NCBI RefSeq assembly: GCF_934747485.1
Contig: NZ_CAKVGN010000005.1
Coordinates: 1,636 to 65,635 of the forward strand
Direction of reading: 5' to 3'
DNA length: 64,000 nucleotides
Source: an uncultured Brachyspira sp.
Lineage (GTDB): Bacteria; Spirochaetota; Brachyspiria; Brachyspirales; Brachyspiraceae
In this document: positions 17,796 through 27,898 of the stretch, piece after piece
How the letters are laid out: each line of letters starts with the position of its first letter
How positions within the stretch are numbered: position 1 is the first letter of the stretch
Program-made: the position numbers and the translations under genes
Notes under the pieces: model-generated
Database searches by the model: none
What the model saw: the letters and a program-made list of their open reading frames with translations, nothing else
What the model was told of the DNA's origin: nothing

Positions 17796-18232
17796 ATTTA
17801 ATTGTATATTAAAAGACATTCCCCCGCACGTCTAAGAAGTTATAATTAAAGCATAGCATTATCGTGCGGCAAGGTGGTACAGCTCGTACGCGGGAAAAAG
17901 AACAATAAAAAAATTGATAAAATTAATGTATTCTAAATATTTTTTAAGTTCATAATTTTTTTTAAAATTCTATTATATTCGGGGGCTAGCCCCCGTACCC
18001 CCACTTCTTTTGGTGGCCCAAAGAAGCAAAAAGACTGCATTTTTTAGCTCAGATTTAGGTATTACTTTTATTTATTTAATATATACCAAAAATTTTTAAT
18101 TCTTTTATTTATTTGTTATAATTTAATTGTATAAAAGTATTCCCCCGCACGTGTAAGAAGTTATAATTAAAGCATAGCATTACCGTGCGGCAAGGTGGTA
18201 CAGCTCGTACGCGGGAAAAAGTTGAACAAAAA
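17796..18232. repeat. Approx. 110-bp direct repeat (17796-17912 and 18121-18232) flanking an empty family B right half (17980-18050, reverse)
   Basis: Near-identical CCCCCGCACGT.TAAGAAGTTATAATTAAAGCATAGCATTA.CGTGCGGCAAGGTGGTACAGCTCGTACGCGGGAAAAAG in both copies. Confidence 0.9.
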
Positions 18233-18237
18233 AACAA

Positions 18238-18804
18238 TTATTTCTCAGAAGCTAATTTTATAACGGTTGCTGGGAGTATTTTATGTTCTTCTACCAATAC
18301 TCTTTTTTGAAGTATCTCAGGAGTATCATCTTCTAATACATTCACTTTATTTTGCATTATGATGTCGCCTCCGTCTACCATGTCTGTTACATAATGCACT
18401 GTGCATCCGGATTCTTTCTCTTTGTTTTTTATAACTGCTTCATGAACTTTTATTCCATACATTCCCTTGCCGCCATATTTTGGCAAAAGTGATGGGTGAA
18501 TATTTATTATCTTATTTTCCCATTTAGATATAAAATTACTGTCTACTATAGATAAATAACCAGCAAGAACTATCAAATCAATATCATATTTTTTAAGTTC
18601 TTCATCTATTTTTTGTGATAACTTTTCTTTATATTCTTTTCTGTCTATTAAAACGGCATCTATATTTGCATTTTTAGCAATATTTAGCCCTCCGCAATCT
18701 CTATCAGCAATTACTACATTTATTTTATAATACTCTTTTTGATTATCTATTAATGACTTTAAATTGCTTCCGCCTCCAGAAATCAATACTGCTATATTAA
18801 ACAT
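18238..18804 (-). CDS. purN: Phosphoribosylglycinamide formyltransferase
   Basis: VLISGGGSNL, NIHPSLLP, GCTVH..D.G. Confidence 0.97.
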   Translation of the reverse strand: MFNIAVLISGGGSNLKSLIDNQKEYYKINVVIADRDCGGLNIAKNANIDAVLIDRKEYKEKLSQKIDEELKKYDIDLIVLAGYLSIVDSNFISKWENKIINIHPSLLPKYGGKGMYGIKVHEAVIKNKEKESGCTVHYVTDMVDGGDIIMQNKVNVLEDDTPEILQKRVLVEEHKILPATVIKLASEK

Positions 18805-19802
18805 ATTCCGTTACCGTCTCCATTATTTTTTTCTATGTGTCCAATTTCATAAACAGTTTCTTTCATTTCTTTTAATTCATTTATAATACTGTCTTTTTCA
18901 TTCTTATCAACAATAATTACAAAACCAATACCCATATTAAAAGTATTATACATCTCTTCTTCTTTTATGTTTCCAAGATACTGAATATACTTAAATATTT
19001 CAGCTGTATTAAAACTATTTTTATTTATTACAGCCTTATAATCTTTTTTGAAAGCTCTTGGAACATTTTCTATTAATCCTCCCCCTGTAATATGAGCCAT
19101 ACCTTTAATATTATATTTTTCTAATAATTTTAGTATAGATTTAACATATATTCTTGTGGGAGTAAGAAGCACTTCTCCAATTTTTTTGTCTTCAAATGTA
19201 GCATTATAATCTCTTACCAATTTTCTTATAAGAGAAAAACCATTACTGTGAAAACCAGAAGAAGCTATACCTAATATAACATCATCTTCTTTAACTTTAC
19301 TTCCGTCTATAATATTGTCTTTTTCAACAACCCCCACACAAAAACCAGCAATATCATAGTCTCCTTCTTTGTAAAAACCTGGCATCTCAGCAGTTTCTCC
19401 TCCAATCAAAGCAGCACCAGCCTCATAACATCCATCTGCTATTCCTTTTACTATTAGAGCAGCAGTTTCACTGTTAAGTTTTCCGCATGCAAGATAATCT
19501 AAAAAGAAAATAGGTTTAGCCCCATGACAAAGCACATCATTAACACACATAGCCACAGCATCAATTCCAACAGTATCATATTTTTTTATAGTTAAAGCAA
19601 TTTCTAATTTAGTGCCAACGCCATCTGTTCCAGATACCAAAACAGGGTTATTGTATTTACCAAGTTCATACATAGCTCCAAAACTTCCAATATTGTTTAA
19701 TACATTATTATTCATAGTTTTAGCAACTACTTCTTTCATAAGAGATACAGCTTTGTAGCCTTCTTCTCTGCTTACACCGCTTTCTTCATAAGAAACAGAC
19801 AT
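18792..19802 (-). CDS. purM: Phosphoribosylformylglycinamidine cyclo-ligase
   Basis: GTDGVGTK, GGETAEMPG, HITGGG, TFNMGIG. Confidence 0.97.
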   Translation of the reverse strand: MSVSYEESGVSREEGYKAVSLMKEVVAKTMNNNVLNNIGSFGAMYELGKYNNPVLVSGTDGVGTKLEIALTIKKYDTVGIDAVAMCVNDVLCHGAKPIFFLDYLACGKLNSETAALIVKGIADGCYEAGAALIGGETAEMPGFYKEGDYDIAGFCVGVVEKDNIIDGSKVKEDDVILGIASSGFHSNGFSLIRKLVRDYNATFEDKKIGEVLLTPTRIYVKSILKLLEKYNIKGMAHITGGGLIENVPRAFKKDYKAVINKNSFNTAEIFKYIQYLGNIKEEEMYNTFNMGIGFVIIVDKNEKDSIINELKEMKETVYEIGHIEKNNGDGNGICLI

Positions 19803-20034
19803 AAAATTATTCCTTTATATATGGGAGTTAAGATGCTTTTAAGTATAACAAAAAATATTTATAGTACAAGTATAATTTTTTAAATTAATACAATTTTACT
19901 ATATTAAAAATCAACTTTTACTAATTATAAATAGCTTCTCTAACTAAAAAATTATATAATACAATTATTTTTAAGTATATATAAAAAAAGAGAGACTATT
20001 ATTAGCCTCTCTCAAATATTATAAATTATTAATA

Positions 20035-20943
20035 TCACTGATTATTTTCAGCAGCAGCCTGTTGGTTATTATTGTTGTTTTTATTTAATTTTTTTATTTC
20101 AGGTGGTATTCCAACAGGAACATCAGCTATATCATTTACATCTTCATAAATTTTGTTTTGGAATCTATAATAGATAGGTCTCATTCTATAGTTATCAACA
20201 TAAGAAGCAACGAAGTTAATATTTTTCATAGCATATTTAGCATAGAATACAGATAAAGAAGTATCAGCTTGTTTATTGATATAATTTCCATAATACATAG
20301 AAGCAAAATCATCTAAAGTTTTTATAAGGCTGTTATTAAATCCGCCGTATTTTGTTTTAAATCCATCTAAAGTTCTGTTGAATAAACCTGAAGACATAAC
20401 AAATCCGGGATTTGCATATTCATTATCAGGGTTTCTTTGCTTATATTGTTCTAAAGCACCATCTCCTTGATATAAAGAACTTACAGCAAATAATTTATCA
20501 TTATGGAAGAAGAATTTATAAACCCATTTAGTGTTTTTTCCTGCTAAAGTGCTGTCATCAGATAAATTTTCAGCAGTTATAGTCATACATTTAAACTCAT
20601 CATCTAATGTGTAATTAAAATATAAAAGGCTTAAATCTCTCTTAAATAAATCAGCCATATCATTAGTAGTAAATTTTATATTAACCCATTTTAAAGTTTG
20701 AGGATTATACCAAGCTAAATCAGGATCAGGATATGAAGATATATAAAAAGTACCACTTACAGCCTGTCCTTCTGCTGTTATAAAACTATTAGACATAAGT
20801 ATTTGATTTACTTCATCAGGAGATACGCCGTAAGGCACTACATCATTAAACATATAAGGTATAGTTTCATAACCATAAAGGGCAATACTCATAGATATGA
20901 ACAAAAATATTGCTAGCAATTTTTTCATTTTTTCATTCTCCAA
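20035..20943 (-). CDS. Hypothetical exported protein
   Basis: Signal peptide MKKLLAIFLF..LYG; no recognisable domain; hairpin GAGAG..CTCTC downstream at approx. 19984-20014. Confidence 0.75.
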   Translation of the reverse strand: MENEKMKKLLAIFLFISMSIALYGYETIPYMFNDVVPYGVSPDEVNQILMSNSFITAEGQAVSGTFYISSYPDPDLAWYNPQTLKWVNIKFTTNDMADLFKRDLSLLYFNYTLDDEFKCMTITAENLSDDSTLAGKNTKWVYKFFFHNDKLFAVSSLYQGDGALEQYKQRNPDNEYANPGFVMSSGLFNRTLDGFKTKYGGFNNSLIKTLDDFASMYYGNYINKQADTSLSVFYAKYAMKNINFVASYVDNYRMRPIYYRFQNKIYEDVNDIADVPVGIPPEIKKLNKNNNNNQQAAAENNQ

Positions 20944-21054
20944 ATTTTTATTATTGTAGTTTATTATACTATATTGAAGAATTAAATCAAATAAGTTATG
21001 TTTACTTTATTGCTGTTTTTAAATTTATTTATAGAAAATAAATCACATTAATTG

Positions 21055-22092
21055 CTATTTTTTTAAATCTTTATGATTTAATGCAGTAAAAGATTTCTTA
21101 TCAATTTTTAATTTTTTTCCAACAACTTTATCATAATCTTTAGCAGGTATTCCCACACATGGTCTTAAAGTTACTAAATCTTTTTCTGTTATCACTTCAT
21201 TTTTAAGCATGCTATGATTAAGATATATACCCCTCTTAGCATAAACAAGCTCTTTATTCTCTTGTTTACTCATTTTCTTCTCGGTCTTTAAAGCATCATT
21301 TCCGCCAAGCATTTTATTGGTATCTTTTAATTTAGAAATCATCTCTTTCATGGAATTGGTATCCAAACTTATTATATGGTCGCCTGATTTTTTTTCCGGA
21401 GTAATTGTAAAATGCTTTTCTATGATTTTAGCTCCAAGAGTATATGCTATAATAGGAGCATCTATACCTATAGTATGGTCAGAATAGCCTATAATATTTT
21501 TTTTGAAAAGTTTATTCATAACAACTATTCTATTTAACCTCGCATTCTCTAAAGGCGTAGGATATTCAACAGAACAATGAAGCAAAGCCACCTCATTATT
21601 TTTTAAAATATTTAATGCATTTTTTATATCTTTATTTGTGGCCAAACCAGTAGAAAGTATCACAGGTTTTTTAGTAGAAGCAATTTTTCTTAGAAGAGGA
21701 ATATTATCTATATCACAAGAAGCTATTTTGTATATAGGAACATATTTATTCATATCATCTACAGCCTCAACAGAAAAAGGAGTGCTCATTAAAATGATTT
21801 TATTTTTATTGGCCTCTTTATATAGAGTTTCATACCATTCTTTTTTTAATACTATATCATCAACATTATCTAATGCATTTTCCGGCATTTTAAGTATTTT
21901 AGTATATTCTTTTTGTGCAAATAGAGTTTTTGAAGTAAAGCTTTGAAATTTTACAGCATTAGCTCCAGCTTTAGAAGCCTCTCTAATTAATTTAAGAGCA
22001 TCATCTATAGAACCTTCATGATTAGAACCTGATTCTGCGATTACAAAGAAATTATTTTTTTTAATTAAGTCTTTCAATTTAAGGTTTGCCAT
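21055..22092 (-). CDS. N-acetylneuraminate synthase family protein (NeuB/PseI-like, C-terminal SAF domain)
   Basis: IAE.GSNH.G, KFQ, KIAS, LHC..YP, GYSDHT, IEKHFT. Confidence 0.92.
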   Translation of the reverse strand: MANLKLKDLIKKNNFFVIAESGSNHEGSIDDALKLIREASKAGANAVKFQSFTSKTLFAQKEYTKILKMPENALDNVDDIVLKKEWYETLYKEANKNKIILMSTPFSVEAVDDMNKYVPIYKIASCDIDNIPLLRKIASTKKPVILSTGLATNKDIKNALNILKNNEVALLHCSVEYPTPLENARLNRIVVMNKLFKKNIIGYSDHTIGIDAPIIAYTLGAKIIEKHFTITPEKKSGDHIISLDTNSMKEMISKLKDTNKMLGGNDALKTEKKMSKQENKELVYAKRGIYLNHSMLKNEVITEKDLVTLRPCVGIPAKDYDKVVGKKLKIDKKSFTALNHKDLKK

Positions 22093-22184
22093 AATAGTGT
22101 ATCCCAAGAATATATTATAAATTAATTATCGAAAAGAAAAATTGATTTATTAATATAAAAAAGAAGGTGGGTTAAAAAAAAATG

Positions 22185-22257
22185 AGCTGGTGATGGGACT
22201 TGAACCCGCAACCGGCTGATTACAAATCAGCTGCTCTGCCAATTGAGCTACACCAGC
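22185..22257 (-). tRNA. tRNA-Thr(TGT)
   Basis: Reverse complement GCTGGTGTAGCTCAATTGGCAGAGCAGCTGATTTGTAATCAGCCGGTTGCGGGTTCAAGTCCCATCACCAGCT; anticodon TGT; CCA not encoded. Confidence 0.97.
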
Positions 22258-22537
22258 GAAATGATTTCACCATTATACTATATAATAAAAAAAATGCAAT
22301 AGCTGTTTGAAAAACATTTAATATTTTTAACAATTTATAACTTAATTAATTTTACTTTTTTATCTTTAAACAATTTATAATAATAGTAGATTTTAGTATT
22401 ATTATAAATTTTATTGTATGCATTCTATAATAATTAAAATAGCTTGACTTTTTAATTATTTAAGCGATAATGTTGTTAACATATTATTTTTTATATATTT
22501 TTTTACATAATTAAAAAATAGGAGGAATTGTATTAAT

Positions 22538-23158
22538 ATGAGTTTAAATGGGAAAAAAGCTCTAATAATAGCATTATCTTTCTTTGTTATGTCTTGCGGA
22601 GGTCTTCCTACAAAAGATTATGAGAGAGTTACTGCTTTAAGAGAAACTGTAAACAAGTATACCGAAATTAAAACTTTTGCTCAAAATGATTATGATATTG
22701 CTGAGAAAGGCTATGCAGAAGCTGATATCATTATGAAGGCAGAAAATAAAGATGAGGCAGAGAAGGCTAAAGAATTACTTCTTACAGCTGAAACTAATTA
22801 TAATTTAGTTTTAGATAAAGGTTTGCCGCCTTATTCTGAGATACTGAAAAAACAAACTGATGAAAATTATACTAATGCTAGTCAAATTAAAGCTAATGTT
22901 ATGTATGGTGAAGAATATGCTCAGGCTGAAACAATATACAATGAAGCAAACGCTATGTATACTGCTGAAACTAAAGATTATAGAGTATTAGTAGATAAAC
23001 TTTATACAGCAAAAGAAGCTTATTTAGCTTTATATAATAAAACAAAAGAACAATTTGATAAAAGTGATGAAGCTTTAACTAAAGTAAAAGAGCGTTTAGC
23101 TGAACTTGAAGCTATGGTAAAAGAGCTTGAAACTTTAGAGCAAGAGCAACAAAGCTAA
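22538..23158 (+). CDS. Helical lipoprotein
   Basis: Lipobox VMSC; AGGAGG RBS; Ala/Glu/Lys-rich coiled coil. Confidence 0.85.
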   Translation: MSLNGKKALIIALSFFVMSCGGLPTKDYERVTALRETVNKYTEIKTFAQNDYDIAEKGYAEADIIMKAENKDEAEKAKELLLTAETNYNLVLDKGLPPYSEILKKQTDENYTNASQIKANVMYGEEYAQAETIYNEANAMYTAETKDYRVLVDKLYTAKEAYLALYNKTKEQFDKSDEALTKVKERLAELEAMVKELETLEQEQQS

Positions 23159-23181
23159 TATTATAAGGAGTATAAAATAAA

Positions 23182-24861
23182 ATGAGTACTTTAATAAAAA
23201 AAATCGTAGCTTATATAGCTTTAATCTCTTTTAGTTTTAGCGTATTACCGGCTCAAACTTATGATGATGCTGCTAGGATTACTGGAGAAGCTGAGACTTT
23301 GCAAAATGACGGAGAATATCAAAAGTCTTATGATAAATCTCAAGAGGCTTCTGATTCTATAGATAAAACTACCGTATCATTATTTTATAGATTAATGAGC
23401 TTAAGAATAGCAAAAGCAAAAAATGATGCAAGCAATACTATTAACGAAATAGAGCAATTAGGTGCTTCTACTGATAATGAATTTAAAGCAAAATATGAAG
23501 AGGCTCTTAAATTTTTTGAAGAGGGTAATAATGCTGTAAATACTCTTCCTCCAGAACCTCAAACTCCTCCTACAGATGAAGAGTTTACCGCTTCTTCAAA
23601 CACATTTACAACAGTATTTAATTCTTTCAATAATGCTTTAGAGTCTGCTAACAGTGTAAAAGAGGGTTATCTTAATAGAGAGAGAGCAATAGCTTCAAAA
23701 TCTATTAATGATGCAAGAAGCAAATATCAGGCAGAATTAGGTAAGAGTGTAAAAGCAGGCGATGCTAATGATAAAAATATAACAGGTGCTTTAACTAAAG
23801 CTGATGAAGCACTTACTAATGATAACTTTGCAAGTGTTCAGCAGAATGTATCAGCTGCATTAGCTGGTATCAATAAAGCTATAGCAGATGCTAAGGCAAA
23901 AGCTGCTGCAGAAGCTAAGGCAAAAGCTGAAGCAGAGGCTAAAGCAAAAGCAGAAGCTGCTGCCGCTGCTAAGGCAAAGGCTGAAGCAGAGGCCAAAGCT
24001 AAAGCAGATGCAATAGCAAAAGCTAAAAAAGATATAGAAGATGCACAAAATAAATATAATAATTTGGTTAATGAGCAAGTGATAGCTAAAGGTGATGATA
24101 ATGATAAAAATGTGTCAAAACTTTTAACTGATGCTAATAATGCTTTAGAAAATACTCCTCAAACTGCAAGTGATAAAGCTTTAGAAGCTTCTAAAACTAT
24201 GGACGATATAGTTGCTAATGTTGGTCAGGTGAAAAAAGAAGAAGCTATTAAAAATTTAGAGCAATTAAAAGCAAGAAGAGATAGACTTATAAGCGAAGGA
24301 TATCTAACAAAAGACAGCGAAGAAGAACAAAATCTATCTAAAACTATTCAAGAAGCTGAAGATGCTCTAAACAATAATGATTATACTTTGGCTGATCAAA
24401 AAATGCAGGAAGCTAATTTAGCTATGAATGCTATAGAAGAGAGAGGTCCTATTGACGGACAAGTGATACCGGGAGATATGGGCGGAAATGAAACTGGTCA
24501 AATAATTGATGCTACTACTGGTCAAGAAGTGAACACAGAAGGAAAAGTTACTGTTTTACCTCAATATTATGTTGTAGTAAGAAGAGTGCCTTTAACTGAT
24601 GCTTTATGGAGAATTGCAGGATACAGCTACATATATAATAACCCTATTGAATGGTACAGAATATACGAAGCTAATAGAAATATACTCAGAGACCCTGATA
24701 ACCCTGATTTAATACTTCCTGGTCAAAGATTAATAATACCTAGCCTTAATGGTGAAGAGAGAAGCGGTGATTATAATCCTGATTTAGAGTATTTGACTTA
24801 TGATGAGGTTATGCAGTTAAGACAGCAAAATAATAATAATAATACTCAAACACAAGAGTAA
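23182..24861 (+). CDS. TmpB-like membrane protein with AK-rich repeat and C-terminal LysM-like domain (resembles Brachyspira Bmp72/Bpmp72)
   Basis: Signal peptide, (AEAKAK)n at approx. 23880-24030, DALWRIAG..IY.NP.EW.RIYEAN..NPDLILPGQ.L.IP motif. Confidence 0.8.
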   Translation: MSTLIKKIVAYIALISFSFSVLPAQTYDDAARITGEAETLQNDGEYQKSYDKSQEASDSIDKTTVSLFYRLMSLRIAKAKNDASNTINEIEQLGASTDNEFKAKYEEALKFFEEGNNAVNTLPPEPQTPPTDEEFTASSNTFTTVFNSFNNALESANSVKEGYLNRERAIASKSINDARSKYQAELGKSVKAGDANDKNITGALTKADEALTNDNFASVQQNVSAALAGINKAIADAKAKAAAEAKAKAEAEAKAKAEAAAAAKAKAEAEAKAKADAIAKAKKDIEDAQNKYNNLVNEQVIAKGDDNDKNVSKLLTDANNALENTPQTASDKALEASKTMDDIVANVGQVKKEEAIKNLEQLKARRDRLISEGYLTKDSEEEQNLSKTIQEAEDALNNNDYTLADQKMQEANLAMNAIEERGPIDGQVIPGDMGGNETGQIIDATTGQEVNTEGKVTVLPQYYVVVRRVPLTDALWRIAGYSYIYNNPIEWYRIYEANRNILRDPDNPDLILPGQRLIIPSLNGEERSGDYNPDLEYLTYDEVMQLRQQNNNNNTQTQE

Positions 24862-24879
24862 AGATAAACTCTAAAAAAT

Positions 24880-24915
24880 AAAAGGTCATGCATTTATATA
24901 AGCATGACCTTTTTT
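24880..24915. terminator. Bidirectional terminator between convergent genes
   Basis: AAAAGGTCATGC..GCATGACCTTTT. Confidence 0.85.
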
Positions 24916-24944
24916 ATTTAATAATTTTAATAATTAATTTTTTA

Positions 24945-25427
24945 TTAAAAATCAAAATCTACTTCATTCTCAGAAATAAAATCTTCCTTCATCTTTTTTC
25001 TATATTCTATCAACTTATTTTTTATGCTATCATATTTTAATGATAACATTTCAACAGCAAGCATACCGGCATTATAAGAGTTATTTATACCAACAGTAGC
25101 AACGGTTATAGGTTTTGGCATTTGAACTATAGAAAGTAAAGCGTCCATTCCATCAAGCACACTTGCACTTATTGGAACACCTATTACAGGAAGTATAGTT
25201 TTAGAAGCTATAACTCCCGGCAGATGAGCAGCAAGACCTGCACCGGCAATGATTACCTCAAAGTTTTCTTTTTCTATCTCTTTAATAGTTTTTTCAAGGT
25301 ATTCAGGAACTCTATGAGCAGATAATATAAAAGCTTTATATTCTATGCCAAACTCTTTCAAACATAAAGCGGCATTTTTCATTTTATCGATATCGCTTTT
25401 GCTTCCAAAAATAATTGCTACTTTCAT
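24945..25427 (-). CDS. purE: N5-CAIR mutase
   Basis: GSKSD, SAHR, AGLAAHLPG, SIVQMP; AGGAG RBS before ATG 25427. Confidence 0.97.
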   Translation of the reverse strand: MKVAIIFGSKSDIDKMKNAALCLKEFGIEYKAFILSAHRVPEYLEKTIKEIEKENFEVIIAGAGLAAHLPGVIASKTILPVIGVPISASVLDGMDALLSIVQMPKPITVATVGINNSYNAGMLAVEMLSLKYDSIKNKLIEYRKKMKEDFISENEVDFDF

Positions 25428-25514
25428 ACATACTCCTACAAATAAATTTATTTTCAAATAATTATAATAAAAAATGTTTTTATTGCAAATTAATTATATA
25501 TTAATAAAATCCGA

Positions 25515-25842
25515 TTACATATCCCGCCCTATTAAGTTTTTTGTATTAATTAAAACATTATAGCTTTAATTTTTTAGAATGCTAAATTAAAAAAAGCACA
25601 CCCGCCCAAGATTTTATTATATTGACAAATTTATTATCCCGCACGGTGAAAATATTTAGAAATATAATTTAAATTTTAATTCCAATATAATTTATATTTT
25701 TCATTTTGCTTACCGTGCGGTGAATGAATTTTCAATTTTAAAAAAAAGCTTGGGTGGGGCTAAAATTAGAGTATTAAACAAAAAGTAAAAACAATTTAAA
25801 AATAACAGTGAATATAAAAAGTCTATAGGGTGGGGAGTGTAA
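25515..25842. repeat. Family A element, complete symmetric copy
   Basis: CCCGCCCT-70-CCCGCCCAAG-28-CCGCACGGT-64-ACCGTGCGG-28-CTTGGGTGGG-68-AGGGTGGG. Confidence 0.9.
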
Positions 25843-25859
25843 ATAAAATTTTTAAGTTA

Positions 25860-26609
25860 TTAAATACTTAGAGTCCAATTTTCATCATTATGATATATCA
25901 TTAGCTTTGTCATACCGCCGTCTACTGTAATATTTTGAGCATTTATAAAATTGTTATTACAAATAAACCAAGCAGTAGCTGCTATATCTGACACTTCTCC
26001 TATTTTGGCAGATGGGTGCTGAAGTATATCTTCTTTGCTAAAGTTAGATTCATTAGAAGTATTTATCCAACCGGGGCTAATTGAGTTTACGCGTACTTTA
26101 TGGGATAAGCTAATAGCCATAGAATGAGTGAGGGCTATAATAGCACCCTTTGAAGCACTGTAGCTTTCACTATCTTTCTGAGACATAAAAGCTCTTGTGG
26201 AAGCTATATTTATGATGCAGGCATTTTTATTAAAGTTGTTTATTAAGTTTTTTGTTATTTGATATGCTGATGCAACTGATACTTTAAAAATTTCTAAAAA
26301 GTCATCATAGCTGCAATTACTTAATAAGCCCTTGTTTGAATAGCATGCATTATTTATTAAATAGTCAACATTGCCGTACTTTTTTATTATTTCATTTGTA
26401 AAGTTATTAATTGTTTTTTCATTGTCTATATTATCATTAATAAATAGGCATTCTCTTTTAAGTTTTTTTATTTCTTCTGCTAATTTTAATCCATTTTCTT
26501 TATCTTTATCAATAAAAGCTATGTCGCAATTATTTTTAGCAAAATGCAATGCTATTTCTTTTCCTATGCCATTTGAAGCACCTGTTATAACGCAAACTTT
26601 ATTTTTCAT
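25860..26609 (-). CDS. SDR family oxidoreductase
   Basis: TGASNGIG, NNA, YSASK, NSISPG. Confidence 0.95.
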   Translation of the reverse strand: MKNKVCVITGASNGIGKEIALHFAKNNCDIAFIDKDKENGLKLAEEIKKLKRECLFINDNIDNEKTINNFTNEIIKKYGNVDYLINNACYSNKGLLSNCSYDDFLEIFKVSVASAYQITKNLINNFNKNACIINIASTRAFMSQKDSESYSASKGAIIALTHSMAISLSHKVRVNSISPGWINTSNESNFSKEDILQHPSAKIGEVSDIAATAWFICNNNFINAQNITVDGGMTKLMIYHNDENWTLSI

Positions 26610-26631
26610 TTTTTATAACCTCTAAATTTAT

Positions 26632-27015
26632 TTATATAGTTATTTCTATTCTATTGTTTTCACTGTCAAGCACAACACTCTCATAATATCCATCGCCTGT
26701 GGTTCTTGGATATGATGCAATTTTAAAACCGTCTTGTTCTAATTCTTTTGTAAGGCTATCAACTTTTTCTTTGCTTCCCACTGATATTGATATATGAGCA
26801 AAACCGTATATTTCATCATTAGTATTTCTTTCTTTTATATCTTTTCTAGTCATAATTTCTAATCTGCAATTATCTTCAAATGTGAGAAAGTATGATTCAA
26901 AACCTTTTTTTTCATTAACGTATTTATCATTGCATTTACAGTTAAAATATTTAATATAAAAGTTTTTAATGTTCTCCAAATCTTTTATCCAAACGGCAAC
27001 ATGAGATATTTTCAT
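26632..27015 (-). CDS. VOC/glyoxalase family protein
   Basis: HVA.W..DLE....FY, RTTGDGYYES..D.E.N.IE. Confidence 0.9.
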   Translation of the reverse strand: MKISHVAVWIKDLENIKNFYIKYFNCKCNDKYVNEKKGFESYFLTFEDNCRLEIMTRKDIKERNTNDEIYGFAHISISVGSKEKVDSLTKELEQDGFKIASYPRTTGDGYYESVVLDSENNRIEITI

Positions 27016-27185
27016 TTTATAACCTCATAACATTTTTATAATATTATAACATTAATAATTATAAACTATAAAAATAAATATTCAAAAATAATAAAAAAAC
27101 ATAAATTAACAGTTACAATTATTATTTAAATATTATATATTAGACCAATAATAATATTACATATAATAGGTTATGGAGTTATCTT

Positions 27186-27869
27186 ATGATTAAACTTATA
27201 GGCATATTAGTTATAATAGTAGGCTTTGCTTTGAAGTTAGATACTATAAGCATAGTTTTACTTGCTGGAATAATAACAGGTATTGTTTCTGGAATGGGCA
27301 TTATTGAAATATTATCATTTTTGGGCAATGCATTTGTTGCTAACAGATTTGCCACATTATTAGTTTTAACTTTAGCTACTATAGGCATATTAGAGAGAAA
27401 TGGCTTAAGAGAAAGAGCTACAAAATGTATTATGGGTATAAGAGGGGCTACTTGCGGCAAGATATTAAGTCTTTATGTAATTATAAGAACTATTGCATCA
27501 GCATTATCTCTTAGAATAGGAGGGCATGTTAATTTTATAAGACCTTTAATTTACCCTATGGCAAGGGGTGCTTTAGAGAAATACGGTATTTATGATAAGC
27601 AATTAGATGAGAAAGTGAAGGCAATATCAAACAGCGTTGAAAACTATGGAAACTTTTTTGGGCAGAATGTTTTTATAGCATCTGCTGGGGTACTGTTAGT
27701 GTTAAGCACTTTGCAAGAATTAGGAATAAAGAATGTAGATGCATATTCTATAGCTATTTCAAGCATACCAATGGCAATAGTTGCTATGATAGTTTCTGTA
27801 ATAAGAAATTATTTATTTGATTTGAAATTAAAAAAATTAATAGATTCATTAAAAGAAAATAAAAATTAA
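27186..27869 (+). CDS. DUF969 membrane protein (5-oxoproline transporter subunit)
   Basis: LER.GLRE, GGHVNFIRPLI.PM and ENYGNFFGQN motifs; operon with DUF979 and pcp. Confidence 0.85.
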   Translation: MIKLIGILVIIVGFALKLDTISIVLLAGIITGIVSGMGIIEILSFLGNAFVANRFATLLVLTLATIGILERNGLRERATKCIMGIRGATCGKILSLYVIIRTIASALSLRIGGHVNFIRPLIYPMARGALEKYGIYDKQLDEKVKAISNSVENYGNFFGQNVFIASAGVLLVLSTLQELGIKNVDAYSIAISSIPMAIVAMIVSVIRNYLFDLKLKKLIDSLKENKN

Positions 27870-27898
27870 TGAGTATAATTTTATGGAGAATATAATTT

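Noticed and set aside
22185..22257. tRNA-Thr as an island integration site
   Set aside because: No duplicated tRNA 3' end or integrase noticed in the window.
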